Source: Azolla caroliniana (taxonomy: Eukaryota; Plantae; Polypodiophyta). Taken from it: DNA of 64,000 nt. The notes beneath the pieces were generated by a model that was not told where the DNA came from, made no database searches, and worked only from the letters and a program-made list of their open reading frames with translations. Shown piece after piece: positions 37,690 to 51,685 of this stretch. Each line of letters opens with the position of its first letter. Within the stretch, counting starts at the first letter, position 1. Made by a program: the position numbers and the translations under genes. The DNA lies in assembly GCA_043228905.1 (NCBI GenBank), contig JBHGNT010000001.1:8060001-8124000 (forward strand). The letters run 5' to 3'.

Positions 37690-40147
37690 ATGGAGATGGA
37701 AGATCCAATGAAGAAGGAAGAAAATGACGAAGAAACCATGACGGAAATATCTAAAAATGCAGAGAAAGAAGAAGGTCCAGACGATGATAAGAAAGACTTA
37801 ACCTATGCTTTTCCTTTGTTGAGGCCATCCAGGCGAAAGCTTAACCTTGACAGCCCTTTCTTTGCCTCCGGGAACTTGGAACGTGAACTTCTTGCCAAAC
37901 AGGTAGATCAATTTAAGAATCACAGGGAATGGTTATTTAAGCTCAAATTTGTATATATTTTTTTTGGAAAATTCTTCAGAAAAAATGCTTTCTTTTGTGA
38001 ATAACCCAAATCTGGATAATATTGTTGTTCTAAGACATATTTGAAAAAGCCTTTGATAATCTGGAGATAAATGGTTTCTTTGAGAATATCCTAAAAATGA
38101 GTACATTTTTATATGGCAATCAACTGGATGGTCACAATGAAGTAGTGGGATGTAACTCTTGATAAGGATAACAAGTCAAATATATGTCAAAAATCTGTGG
38201 AAATTTCTTTATTTTGAGAGTTGCCTAAATAAAGTTTTAGAGCTAGTATTGTGTTTTCTCAAGACAACTTCTATGGAAGTGTTTTAAAATTATTGGGAAA
38301 ATGCGTTGATTGAGAATAAGTCTGATCAAGCTTTGGCGGGCATTCTTTGTTTTTAATCACCCAAGTCAATTTTTGAGAAAAATTATTTTATTTTCTAATT
38401 ATTGAATCAAGTTTAGGAATAGTCATGTGTTTTGGGAGTCACCCAAATAAACCTTTATGTAAAATAATTTCCTTTGAGAATCGCCTGAATCAAGCTACCC
38501 TGGAAATCAGTGCATTCTTGTGTGAAACTTTTGCTTGCAGGTTATATTAGAAATCAGTGAGGAGGAGAAGAATCAAATAAGCTCTCTTGAGGAAGACCAA
38601 CAATGGTATGTTCTGCCTCATTTTACATATTTGGTTGCCTTAATTTTCTTTATTTAATTCATAATGAAAGCTGTTATCATGCTTCATTTTCCCTGTTTGG
38701 AATACCGTCACTTTCATTGCTTCTCCTACCAGCAGTAAAATAGAGATGGAATGAGAGAGGATTGTTTCCTTTCCAGAAATATTTGATTGTTCTGAAATGA
38801 CCTTATTTTTTGTTTTATTAAAAGGGAAATGGTCTGCCCGGTTGTGGGATGTAGAAAAAGGTTAAAAGGACTGAGAGAACTGGAGACACATTTCTTTTCT
38901 CGGCATACCGCAGTATGTTCAGTTTGTTCTCGTGTTTTTCCAACAACCAGGCTTCTTGACATACACATCTCGGAAACACATGACTCCTTCTTTCAGGCAA
39001 AGGCAGCTCGGGGTCATCCTATGGTACAAAGATCTAGTTTTCTATTTTTTTATGATCACAAAACGAATTTCTAATAGCTAATAATTAATACTCCCTTTTT
39101 CATTCAAAAAAGGGGAAACATAAAATAAAATAGAGGAACAAATCTAGTTTTGTGAGTGGAAACTGCATCACTGCAAATAAAGAACTCTAGTTTTGATGAT
39201 GTGTAAATACTTTGTCATTTGCGTGAAGATTTGTATTATCAAGTGTGAACTTGTTGACCAACAAGATGGGACTATGAGTGGGAAATGTTAATGCTTTTCA
39301 GTAAAACTACTAGCCTCACGAGTTAAGTATAAATTTTGATAAATTTGGAGTAAAGCACTAGTCTATGCATGTAAAGTGACGATCGTTTTGAGTAAATACC
39401 CCAGTCTTATGAGCAGGGTATGAACTCATGAACTTGCTAAATATAAATGGGCCAGTGATTTTTTTTAAATGGCTATGGAATCCTAAAATCATATGAAAAT
39501 GTGCTGATCTTTCAAAATAGCAAAGAAGTTTGGTTATTTTAGCAAATCCTACTTGTAATTCTTTCTGAAAACCTCGGTTTCAGAAAATAGCTTTCCAAAG
39601 TCTTTCTACTCAGTGATATATAGCCCCAATTGTTTCCACCACTTACGATGAATGTAAACTGTTCATCATTATGAGCGGTATTGATAAATTTTCATTCTTC
39701 TTTTCTTGTGTTGTATGGGTGCAGTACAAATGTCTGGTAGATGGGTGTGATATGAAATTCCAGAATGATCTATCGAGGCATCAGCATCTTGTGGACAAGC
39801 ATAAGTTTCCACAATCGTTTGAATTTCATAAGAAGAAAAAACACCTTTCTCAGAAGCAGCGTATGCGGATCCAGACACGTCACCAGTTGAATCCAAATCC
39901 AAATCCAGATTCTAAGCAGATACAGGAATGCAACACAAAGAATGAAGTGGATGATTCTATGCAAAAAGACGAAGGAGATGTTTGTATGGAACTCGATGCG
40001 CTGACTTGTGACTTATCTCAGATGAGCACAAATGATAACATGCCATCTAACATTTCATTTGGCCGTAAACACAATAGAGGATTTGCATTTGCTCCCAATA
40101 GATCACGAGGAAGAGGAAGAGGAAGAATTGGTTCAAACTTCACATGA
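37690..40147 (+). CDS. C2H2 zinc-finger protein, ZNF511-like; ~299 aa
   Basis: Exons 37690-37902, 38541-38605, 38825-39023, 39725-40147 (900 nt). Motifs PFFASGNLERELLAKQ, CPVVGC...H...RH, CSVCSRVFPT..LLDIHISETHDSFF, YKCLVDGC...HLVDKHKFP and PSNISFGR. Confidence 0.88.
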
Positions 40148-41538
40148 AGCTGTAAGCTTGATCACAACTTTTTTCTTGTGGTCGAAGAGGAGTATCTCCA
40201 AGAACGTGAATATACTAAGGCTATTTCATTATATCATTATTTCAGAGTAAATGTAATGGACATGAAGTGCTACTATTGTATGTATAGCCATGAACCTTGC
40301 TGATTTGGATAAGTTTGCCACATAGAAGTTAGATCGGAGAACAAGAAAGAAAGATGTAAATATCTGAGTATAGGGTTTAGGTCTTATTGTGGGGGGTTTA
40401 GGGTTTTTGCAAAGTTATGGAGCTCGATGTAACATATGATGTTTACTCAGGTTTTAGTTTTTTTTTCAGTTTGGAAAAGAGCTCTTATGAGGGTTGATAT
40501 TTTAAATATTAATGTTTTTGTTTAATGAGATCTGCTATCCACTCCTATGAACTATGCATCTCAAGTTTCTTTTCCTTTGTACATCAAAAGAAAGGGTAAG
40601 CGGGAAATGATCATCTTGCTACATTTGAATGATTTGGTCTTAATGAAGTCGATGTAGGATAAATCAAGTGGACATGAACTTTAGAGTTCTAGAAAGCATC
40701 AATTTGTTCTCATGAATCTTATATTCTTTTGTGTTTGCAGAAATTTAGCAGATTGTTGTGACTCATTTACAATATTCTAATCTTGTTCAGTAAATCCTAC
40801 TTCAAAATTTTAAATCGTGAAAAAATAGGTTTATAATCGAATATCTTACCCAACATGTTTAGGAAATTGAATTGCCACATTTTTCAACTCCCCTCACATT
40901 TTTTGAACAGAAAATGGCCCCAAGTTTATTCAATACAAGTCCCCATTGTAATGTGTTGCCATGATTTCTTAATATCCTACTATTCTATGAGGCATTACTA
41001 TTTTAGTATGAGTAGAACTCAAGACCTAAGCTAACACAATAGCTTTAAGTAATGCCAAACAAGTACTAAAGATCTCATGTGAAATGACTTCATGATCATG
41101 TCTTCCTTTTTTAATCATGCTCAAGAACTCCACCTTATTGAAGGTGTGCTCTAACAATATAAGCTATGAAAGATGTTACGTAGATGAAATCAATATATTC
41201 TAGTCAAATATTGAGTTTGCCATTCTAACATACACATTTTTGCTTTGTTACAACTCCCATCCTGTTCTATTTACAGTGGTTTGCAAAGCTTTTGCTTAAT
41301 TACTTTATAACACTGCAAGGTTTATGATGTCATACTATTCTAACACATTTCCATATTTGCATCCTCATACCTCATTTCAGACAAATGTATTATTGATTTC
41401 AAAATATCCTATTGTTCTAATGCATTTCTATTCATATTTGCATTTTTTTACTTCAATAACATGTGCTCCCTTCAGAAACATTTGAGAACTTCTGCTTAGG
41501 TATTTACTAACAAATCTAAGCAAAATGGGGATACTGAC

Positions 41539-41790
41539 TAACCCATAAGTTCTTGATGTCATTTTCCGTTGCTAATGATTAACCCATCAGTTCTTGACCA
41601 TAAGTTAAACCTGTAAGTTCTTGATGTCATTTCCCATTGCTAATGATTAACCCATCAGTTCTTGACCATAAATTAAACCTGTAAGTTCTTGATGTCATTT
41701 CCCATTGCTAATGATTAAACCATAAGTTCTTGATGTTATTTTCCATCACTAATGATTAACCCACAAGTTCTTCACCATAACTTAAACCAC
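41539..41790. repeat. Compound minisatellite (taagttcttgatgtcatttccc.ttgctaatgattaaccc units)
   Basis: At least four imperfect copies are visible directly. Confidence 0.85.
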
Positions 41791-42408
41791 GTATCCCCAC
41801 TTGCCAACAATCATTCCTGGACAAAGGATCATATTGGTATAATTATAACTAGGAGCTCAATTTTTACTCTCCATCAGGCAAAGGACACCTCCAGTTTTTA
41901 TTTTGCTTTTTCTTGTCACATCATGAAAATAATTCACAACTACATAATGACTTGGTATGCTTTCTATTAGAACTCTAAGAAGCAAACTTGCACCAATATC
42001 TTTAAGCAATAGCCAAAAAGCTGAAAATTGAGGCTAAATTTATCTTGATGTTTGCCAGTTTTTTTTGGACATAAGCATATGTGATATCAAATTTTGTAGT
42101 GATTCCCTAACCTAGAACCCTGGTCATCAAGCAATATCTTTACCATAGAATGAGACCGAGAACCAAGCCAATACTATGTTCACCACAAATACGGCGAAAG
42201 TATAGCATATTGAAGACAATCAAGAATATCCCATTGTAACCCAGATCTGGATTCATAAATATTTTCATTTTGGCTTTAGGTAAAAGATCGATCCTGTAGA
42301 GAATAATTATACGAACTATGTAAATAATACTGGGTGTAAAATAAAGTTATACCGACAAGTTCCATGCTTGGCATGAAAGAAAAAGAGAAAAACACAGGAT
42401 CCAACTCT

Positions 42409-45400
42409 TTAAGCTGAGGAAGTCATAATGAATGCTGAACTACTTATGCCATCACCGAGACGAATTGGCTCCATCTCATCATCATGAACAAGATCACTAC
42501 TAGCTTCTGTCGAGGAATCTTTCATGATGTTCCACTTCTATAATAATGGAAAGTAAAATATAATATAAAACAAAAATATCTAAAAACAAGTAGATAAGAT
42601 ATGTTGTATATATAATAAAATCCCTTGCAAAGTATTGTATGTATAAAAATAATTTCTCACCAGGTTGGCCACAAGTGGTGCTGCACCAATCAAGACAACA
42701 ATGAGAATTGTCCACCACAACCACCACCATTCCAGAGTCATTATAACACCTACTGACACGAAAAGTAACACAATCTAGAAAAAAGGAAGAAAAAGTCAAT
42801 GTTTGTAAGTTGTGGTTACAAAGGTTGAACTTGTGAGAAGCAAGTTTAGCATATGCAATATAGACTGAGCCATGAATGGCTAAAAACATCTCATGTGTAT
42901 GGGCATAGGGTTAGGGATTGTTGTCTATCTATCTGGGAAATCATTACCTCAGATATGTGTATCTCTATAAATTTTGTCTCATTTTTCATATATGATGGAA
43001 GGATAAGCTATGGTCTTCTAATTTTTGTTTGAGCCTATCATTTTAACTCCTACATGTTACTCATCGCTCTTATACACTTGGATAAGTTTTTTCATATTTT
43101 TCTTAATACAGGTCTCTTTTTCATATGCCAAGGAATGAGCTTAGGGTATTCAAATTTTTACTAGAATTCCCAATATATGTTCATCAATGAGTTGGGATCC
43201 ATCTCTACAAACACTGAAGTTCAAACTACAAGTTTATAACAAAATTTATCAAATAAAATTCAAGGCAGAGATTTTAATAAACCTGCAGTGGTCCACCATA
43301 TATAACGTAATCCTTGAAACGGTACCCACCAGGCCCATATACAACTAGATTTGTTGGACAACCAGTAGGGGTCATGAATCCGGCAGACGTGGCTAACATC
43401 AATGTATATGCAAATGGGCGAAAATCCAAATTCTCGGTTTGTGTTGCTGAAAGTACTATAGGGAACATAATTGTAACTGCTGCATAGTTGGTTATAGCCA
43501 GTGAGAATACAGTTGTCGCAGTATATGTCCACAAAATCAGACCAAACTGCACATGATATGAAGAATAATGAGTCAATTTTAAAAATACTAACATCAGTTT
43601 ATGTTTTTTGTCTTCTTTCCCCAAAGAAGCCCAAATACCCAGATGCTTTTCAATTATTACAGTATTACCTGAGAATGCCCTCCAATGCCTATCAGAGGTC
43701 TTGCAACCAAATCTGCAGCTCCACTTTTTACCATTGCCTCTGAAATTCCAAACCCAGCTGCAATCATGATAACAACTGGCAGCTCTATAGAGTCCTATAC
43801 ACAAGGAGGTTCAGATTCAGGAACTTTTTTATAATACCAAGAGATAGACATTTTACTTGTTGGATAGTTCAACAAACATATACATGAAGAACGTATGCAT
43901 AATCATAAAATATGCAAAATGAGACGGTTAAGTGTCTGCATGTCTATTAATGTGATGCAAATTACCCCGATTAAATATAGAGAGAGGGAGATGTATATAT
44001 TATATCTTATATATTATGCCACACATCAGATAATCTTTTCACATTAAACATGCAACATGCCTCCATACAGATTCTATCAATTTGTTTAAAAGGGCTGCAA
44101 TTGGGTGCAAAGTTCAAACAGTAGGATTTCCGCACATCAGATAATCTTTTTGCATTGAACATGCCTCCATACAGATTCTGTCGAATTGTTTAACAGGGCT
44201 GCAATTAAATGCAACAGTTCAAACAGTAGGATTTCCGTTTTCCTCTTTTCTTGTTTAAATTATCCATGTGAGGCCAATTATCACTATAGTAAAAATTTCT
44301 ACAATTTATTCCTTGGTTCCGTTATGCTTATTGTTCATTAAATTTTTTCCTTACATTACATCACTTGGACCAAGCAAAGACACAAAAGGAGTGATTGTTT
44401 TGGATGCTTTCTAGACTTCTGCAAGACCTTTCATACTGTATCAAAGGAACATCAACAAAGACTCTGCGCACAAAAATCCCTCTGACAAGATGTAAGTGAC
44501 CAGGAGGCTGTTGGAGGCAATCATAAGCATCATTGGTGTGAAACAAGGATGCCCAATCTCCCCTACCTCTTCGAACTCCATACTGACGAGATAGCAGCAG
44601 ACAACATCAAACATGGAGGTGGCAAAAGAATCAAAATATTAGGTACACCTGTCCACATTCTTCTGTACAATGATGACATAATCTCAGTGTCTCTACAACG
44701 TCATATCTCAATGCCCAAGATGGTTTTCTCCATGGAAAGCCAGACCATGATCTTCCACACATCTGCGTCAATTTGTCGACAATCTTTCTTCACTCTATCA
44801 CGAGGGCAAGTTGAGTTGATGGATTCCAATGTGTATCTATGAGACACATTTACAAGCACGAATGGGGGCTTCTTTGAATTAACCCAAGCTGCCCAGGATC
44901 CGAGCACTCGAGGATATGCAGCTCCGTCCATGCTAGAATAGTAGAATGACAATGCCATCAAGCAAACTTCCAGGAGTTCCCATACGAAATTATGGTTATT
45001 CAACACGGTAGTCACACATGAGCTCAGGGGCTCTCAATGTACATATGGACACGAATACCAGTCATGATATTCTCAAGAATGATACATAGTAAAGCCTCCA
45101 CCCCACATGAGATCATCCATGTGTCGGCAGCACTCCCTATGATGATAGACGCATTATTCCAGACAGTGAATCATATCAACCAAATTCGAACCATGCCAAT
45201 TCAAAAAATTACATGTAAGTTGTTTGAATCATCGAAGCAAACAGGACAACAGAACACACAGAAGAATCATGGTACGCCCAGGCGATGAAGTAGTTCGGCA
45301 ACAATGGCCTCGATATTAAGATCTTGCCACCCTTTAGATATAGTTAAACTCTTCAAAAGATGAAGAACACGAGGTCTCGTGGCAAGATCTATGGCAGTTT

Positions 45401-48400
45401 TATGCCCAAAAGAATCGGATCATGTTGAAGATGGCTTACTACAAAGATCATTTCATGATCTTCGCAAAGGATGGAGTACAAAGACCAAGGTACATGGACG
45501 TCTGTCTACAAGCCACATAGTGCTTGCAAAGCAGTAGGCCAACTCTGAGTTTCCTCTCACCATTTAGAGATCAAAACAAGATGAGCACATTGAATACCAA
45601 CAGCCAAAATACTTTGCAAATTATATTTCAGAGAGATAGAAATTGAGGAAAATTCTGAGTCTAGGAGGAAGTTTACAAGCACATCAGAGAGAAGCATGAC
45701 ACCCTCTACATGGACTCCATCACCATGCAACAAATGCCAGAGATGGCTGACCCACAACACTTTGGTCAAATCTTGCTCAACCTTCGAAAACACATGGGAA
45801 TTGACCCTCATATTGGCACGTAGAATGCAACAGTAATCGCACATCACTGATTTTTTTCTATATCTCCATGTCTCCACTGTCAACATGCCAGGTATCACCA
45901 TAGAGTGAGCAGAGGAATGCTGAAAACAACAACGCCTGCAAGCATCAGGATATAAGGCACATGTTCATAGCATCACCAGATCACGAAGACCATTGTCTTC
46001 AAGTCTTATCTGCGCCAGTACACTCAGATGTACTTGTTGAACTTTGCTATAGCCTCTTTTTAACACACAACCCAACCTCAGATGTGATGTCCAATCGCCA
46101 CTAATCAATCCATACATAGTTAATGCACTTTATGCTTGTAAAACATCTTGAAAGTCATTCCATCACATGCATTATAATCATGCTCATGGAGCTGTAGGAA
46201 ACCTAGACCCTTTATTTTTGTTTTAATAATAATTATAATTATGATTTGTCTCATAGGCTGATTGTGGCTTCTAGTAGATGTTAATATCTCTCTCTTTTCT
46301 CATATAACATAATGTATCAATCTCATTCAACTCCTCCCAAGTTAGCCACCACCATCCCAGCCTTCTGAGCACTTAATCTTCTCTTCACATCTCGTAGTTT
46401 CAAAGATTGTGCTACATTTCAAAAAAGATAATAGATCACCATCACTATTTTAATTCCCTCCACTTTCTCTTCTAATCATTAGGGCAGACATGATTATGGA
46501 GACAATAGATCATTATCATCATCAATTTTACTGCCTCTTTCTTTTTTTAATCATCATTTTTATCTTTTTCTTTGTCCTATCTCACAAGGAGGATAAATAA
46601 TCACCATCTTCCATGTCTCTCTCCTCTCTCTTTCTAATAACTAGGTTATGTTTCACCTTGTTCTTTAGTTTACTCTGATAAAGAGGAAAAAGAAATCAGG
46701 GTCTAGGGAATCCTACCATTGCATCTTTAGGGGAGAGGCATTTGGAAAGTAGAAGTCCAGCTGCTGAGAATAGTACAGCTGTGACAACGTCAATGCCGAG
46801 CCCACTGGCAACAATCATCAGCAGAACAAATGTTGCTGCAATACCAGCTCTTTGCCTTTGTATTGGCACAAACCCTGGAAGCTGTGAATAATATAAATTA
46901 TGACCTCTGAAATCATTCATCAAATTTGTATAGTTACTAGTAAGAAATTGTAAGCTTTTACATTAAAACTACCTCCGAAACTAAAGCAAATGTAGAATTG
47001 TTCCTGTGCTTAGTTGCAAATTCAGAACCATCTGCAACCATCAATAGACAATCACCTGCTTCAAGCTCAATATCACCAATTGCCCTACACATTCACTAAA
47101 AACAATTTTACTTTTTAACAATGGCATAACCTTTTATCTTTAATTAATGTTGGAACTATGGCCATTATGATAATATATGCCCATGTTAATCAGTGCCTTT
47201 CTAATCAATAAGGAAATGAATATGATTATATTGTAAAATATCCTTTCCTAAACATTTTTGTCTTCGAGTTTTTGCATCCATGCCACAAGTGGTACAGGAT
47301 CTTCACATTACTACACCAACATAAAATTTCTATTGACTTATAAATAAGGGCCTTGATGTGGCGCAAAAGAGAACTATATTACATATCTAGAACAGGACAC
47401 CAGCAAAGATCTAGAGAGCTCATTAACCATATTACATACACAAATCCACTTGCATCATGCTTTTATGTCTAGAAACTGTGCCACTTTGGCGTTTCTGTAT
47501 GTCAATAATTATGTCCTCAAGTACTTGTACCCTAAAGCTCCATTGCATTTCCATATCATGAATCACAATGTGATGTGCACACCCACTCATAATGATACAC
47601 GTACATCTGTATGCACAACATATTCCTCATTTCAGATCATACCTACCATGACTGCATAAGTTTGAGGATGTGGATGAGGTGATACCTTTTTTTAAGAGAT
47701 GAAAATTAAATGCCTCTGATCTATAAATAAAGAAGCCACTATCTTGGATTCATCTCGAAGGTCACAATCTTCATAGTAAGGGGCTGCTAGCCTTGCTCCT
47801 ATCACACAGCAATATATGCTCGATGCAAGCATGCTCTTAAAAGTCTTCCAAGTAGCTCCCATAATATTATCCATATAGATACGTATGTCCTCATGTCTCA
47901 TATATTTTCATCCTTAAGCGTTTGATCTTGTAGTCTTATACCTTGGAAAGCAAACTTATCTCCTACTCTCACAATGTTTTTCTCCACCATCTTTCTTGAG
48001 TCCCAGTATGTAGCCATTAATACATCCTTGCTATTATTCATTATTACATTACAAGACTCATAAACCACAGATAAATGGTTCATCTTGTGAAAGAATATTT
48101 AAGATTTCTGCTTGCAGAAATCGCCAATCAGCTGATAGTGAAGAACATTATTCCAATCTGGACAAACTTCGCATTCTGTTTTCATTTGGGTAGCATGAAG
48201 GTCTGAACTTACATTCAATTTTTATCTTACTTTATGTGCACATCTCCTTAATTTTGGGATCCATCTTTAAATATCTTCTCTTCAATCAACCAAATCAACT
48301 ATGTTCATTCAAGAACTCTCATATTTTATTCTAACATCTACAAGAATTATCTAACACATAATACTCTCCATATATGAGCTCTCATCTTCTATTTCTTGTA

Positions 48401-51400
48401 TTTACTATTTTTTTGTTGAGAACAATGCATTTTTCTTGCCCCTTCAACCTTGTTCTCATACATGTACCCAGTTTGTGCATGTGTGTACGTTTTAAAGGTA
48501 ATACAAAATAAAGACTGTCCACAATGGCCAAAGTGTTCAAATGGATTGCACATGCCCTTAAAACAAGTATGCACCATCATGAATGTAAAGATCCAGACAT
48601 ATATAGAGATAGGAAGATAGAGAATGAGAGAAAAGTTGAATGGCTCTTTAATTTTGCATATCATAAAGGAAGCACAACCTATTCAATTGTGAACCATGCC
48701 TATGAACTGCAATAACAGTAGCTCTATATCTTGATTGAAATTGAAGATCCGAAACCTTCTTTTTCACCATTGATGACTTGCTGGCAATAACAGCTTCCAC
48801 TAGATACTGATGCATCTTCAATCTGTTCAAATCAACTTCAACATGACCCTGCTACATTCAAAATGCATTCCATAAGCATATAAAACAATTTGCTTTTGCA
48901 AAGTTGCATTTGAAAATGCACATATTCATATTGTAAGAAACTTGATAAATGCAACATTTATCTTCTGATCAGTCAGCTCATGAGTTGGTTGGGAACACAA
49001 CGATGAACTTCACCGCCAACATTGATTGGCATGATTAATGATATATCTATAAGTACTACAGCATGGCATAACAAAATAACACTATATTTACACCCTGGAT
49101 TTGTGCGCTATTTAAGTCAGAACTACCACAACAATACACAAGACTGGATGATGGTCAAGCAAGAGATATTGAAATTAAATTATTTAGAGCTATTGTTGAT
49201 TTATAAATACCTGACTATAACGTGATACTGTGTGCAGCCATGAATCCTTGCAAAATCGCCATAATGTAGAATTATAATGTCACAAATGTTGTGATCTCCA
49301 ATGTTGGCACTATAATTCAGAAATCAAGCAAGGACACTAATCTAAGGTGAATAGGAGATGGCAATTCATTTGAGAATTCATTTAGCATAATTGAAAGTAG
49401 TTGCCAATTCTTATTAACCATGGATTTGTGCCCCTTTCTTAATGTTCAGAATACAATGGTGCCTAACGAGGGAGAACCTATAGTGATTTCTACTGAACAA
49501 TCCTCTATGGGCTCACTGTTGGATGGATGCACCTAGTCATACAAGGATACATGTCTACTACTGTCCATTACTATCAGAATGAACTTTTCACTACTAAATC
49601 AGGAATAAGTTTAGTTTTAATATGCTCTTTCTCAACACTAAACGTGATTTAGGTATTCCATTTCTACATTCATTTAAAGATTGATGCATATCTAGTGTAT
49701 CATCAACATGAATTCAATGGTTAACGACATTGACATGTATCAGCAACCAGCTCATGTTTTGACTGACCATAGATAAACATTATGTCTTCACAGGTTACTT
49801 AATGTCATGAAGTTAATACTTAACGTGCTTTTAGAATGCAAGGAACTCAGGAAAGACACTTGGCACTGTCAAGCAGTATTATTGAGAGCATGAATGATAA
49901 CTAGACAAAGAAAAATACTTCATCTTCTAAAAGTGTCAATCCATCAAGTTGTGTGAGCGCAAGGATTGCATCTATAACTCCAGTAAAGTAAAGATGATCT
50001 TTTGGTAATATTACAAAATCTTCACTAATATTGGAGATTATATTCCCTTCTCTTTCAATTTGTACTAGTTTTAGCCCTGACATTCTCATTAATCCTGATC
50101 GTTCAATTGTTTTTCTATTCAGAGACGACACTGAATTTACAGCCAATACAATATTGTAGTTCCTGTGACAAATTTCAGCGTTAGGGTCTCAAAGAATTCA
50201 ATCACCTCCTTCTGATATTAAAACCAATCCAAATTTCAGGATTGTATTATACTATGTAGTTGAGTTCTCATTGTTCAGAAACATCCTATGAATTATTACC
50301 TTGAGATGCTCTTGATATAAGCATAAGTTGTCAGAAAATTTATGTGCATTATAATATTTACGTTTACATCCATCAGAAATACCTGGCATTAATATTTGGT
50401 GGCTGGATAGCAAGACGATCAGGTAAAATCTTAGCAGAAGCAGTGATAATATAAAGGATGGCAGCAAGCGCCACAGGGACACCAACTATTCCTATTTCAA
50501 AAATGTGCATTTGCAGATCCGGAATCTTCTTTGTGGTGAGCGACAGCACCACTAAATTTGTACCAGTGCCAATCAATGTTAATGTGCCTCCTAAGAGATC
50601 AGCATAGCTCAAAGGCAACAATAACTTTGAGGGTGCCATGTTGACCTGCATAATCAATACATTCCAGTTATTCAAATATACAAAAAAAAGCCTATAGCAT
50701 AGTCAAGATTCAAATACAAGAATTTCAGATAATAATACTAGGTCAAATTTATTTCAAAAAAGAGAACTCAAACATCATTAATTGTTGATCGAGACATATC
50801 CATAGGTGAGAAGGTAATTTTACAAGGACAAGTCTCACCCTGCGTGAAAATTCCACTATTGGAGGTATCATCATTGCCACAAAGCGTAAGTTGGTAAGAA
50901 AGGCACTTAACATTGCCACCGGTAATGTGAACTTCAACAGTATCCACACAATGCTATTCCCATCTTTCTGAAGTGTTTGAACTGGAATGTTTCGCTCTTT
51001 TGTCTGAAACATTAACTTTAATACAAATTCTAACCCACCAGAGAGTTCTAATCCTGTGCAATGGAAATATTCAAAGTTAATTCTTTTTCTAACAACTTTG
51101 TCTCACAGGGCAACTTAGCCTCCACAAGCATTAATATATAGTTTAGATTTCGAAGATTTTGCTCATAGATAGAGAAGACATATCAGAGAAAATCATCTAC
51201 CCAATCAAAACCAAAGGAATGGAGTAGCATATATTTGACCTAACAGTTCATAGAGTGACTAAGGGGTAGCAAAATTAGGGTAAATCAAATGAGAGGTGAG
51301 GCTTATGTCTTTCAAAATATGAGATTCACTAAAGAAAAAAAAATACTGAACTGTCACCATTTATGGATATCACCAAATGAAACTTATGTAAAATTTGTAT

Positions 51401-51685
51401 TTTATATCAAGATACACAAATAATGACTCCAAATATATATCAATTTTCAAGAAGGGCGCAGCACTTGCCTCTTGCAACAATGAATAGGATAGCAATTGAA
51501 AGAACAGATGCATCATTAAAGCCACTAAGTGCATCTTCTAGATCAAGGATGCCCAGAGAGAGAAAAAATATAACTGTTCCCATCATGACCAAATAAGGAG
51601 GGGCAACTTCAGCTACAAGTGCGATTACCATAAGCATTATCAATACCAATGTTATCCATCTTTCCCATTCACCAATAATATCCAT
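42409..51685 (-). CDS. SLC13/DASS (CitMHS-type) permease with two TrkA_C domains; SLT/SAC1-like putative Na+/sulfate cotransporter or sensor; ~672 aa
   Basis: Exons 51685-51469 (GC donor), 51053-50839, 50645-50383, 50162-49919, 48848-48679, 47084-46973, 46881-46717, 43794-43669, 43546-43283, 42774-42661, 42537-42409 (2019 nt, all phases consistent). Motifs ALSGF, PSKLLLPLSYA.LLGGTLTLIGTGTNLVV, TrkA_C (LVQIEREG...; FQSRYRATVIAVHR...IGDIELEAGDCLL) and FMTP.G..TNLVVYGPGGYRFKDY. Confidence 0.88.
44021..44237. repeat. Tandem duplication, 2 x ~108 bp, in SLC13 intron
   Basis: cacatcagataatcttt...gttcaaacagtaggatttccg is repeated at ~44022 and ~44133. Confidence 0.85.
44350..46050 (+). mobile_element. 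Degenerate non-LTR retrotransposon (RTE-like LINE) RT fragment, antisense within SLC13 intron 7
   Basis: ggtgtgaaacaaggatgcccaatctcccctacc = GVKQGCPISPT, followed by HILLYNDDI (decayed YADD); frameshifts and stops throughout. Boundaries approximate. Confidence 0.8.

Noticed and set aside
47300-48420. Possible nested gene in SLC13 intron 5 (ORFs 47692-47901, 47898-48083)
   Set aside because: Fragmented frames with no clear motif; most likely a decayed retroelement.
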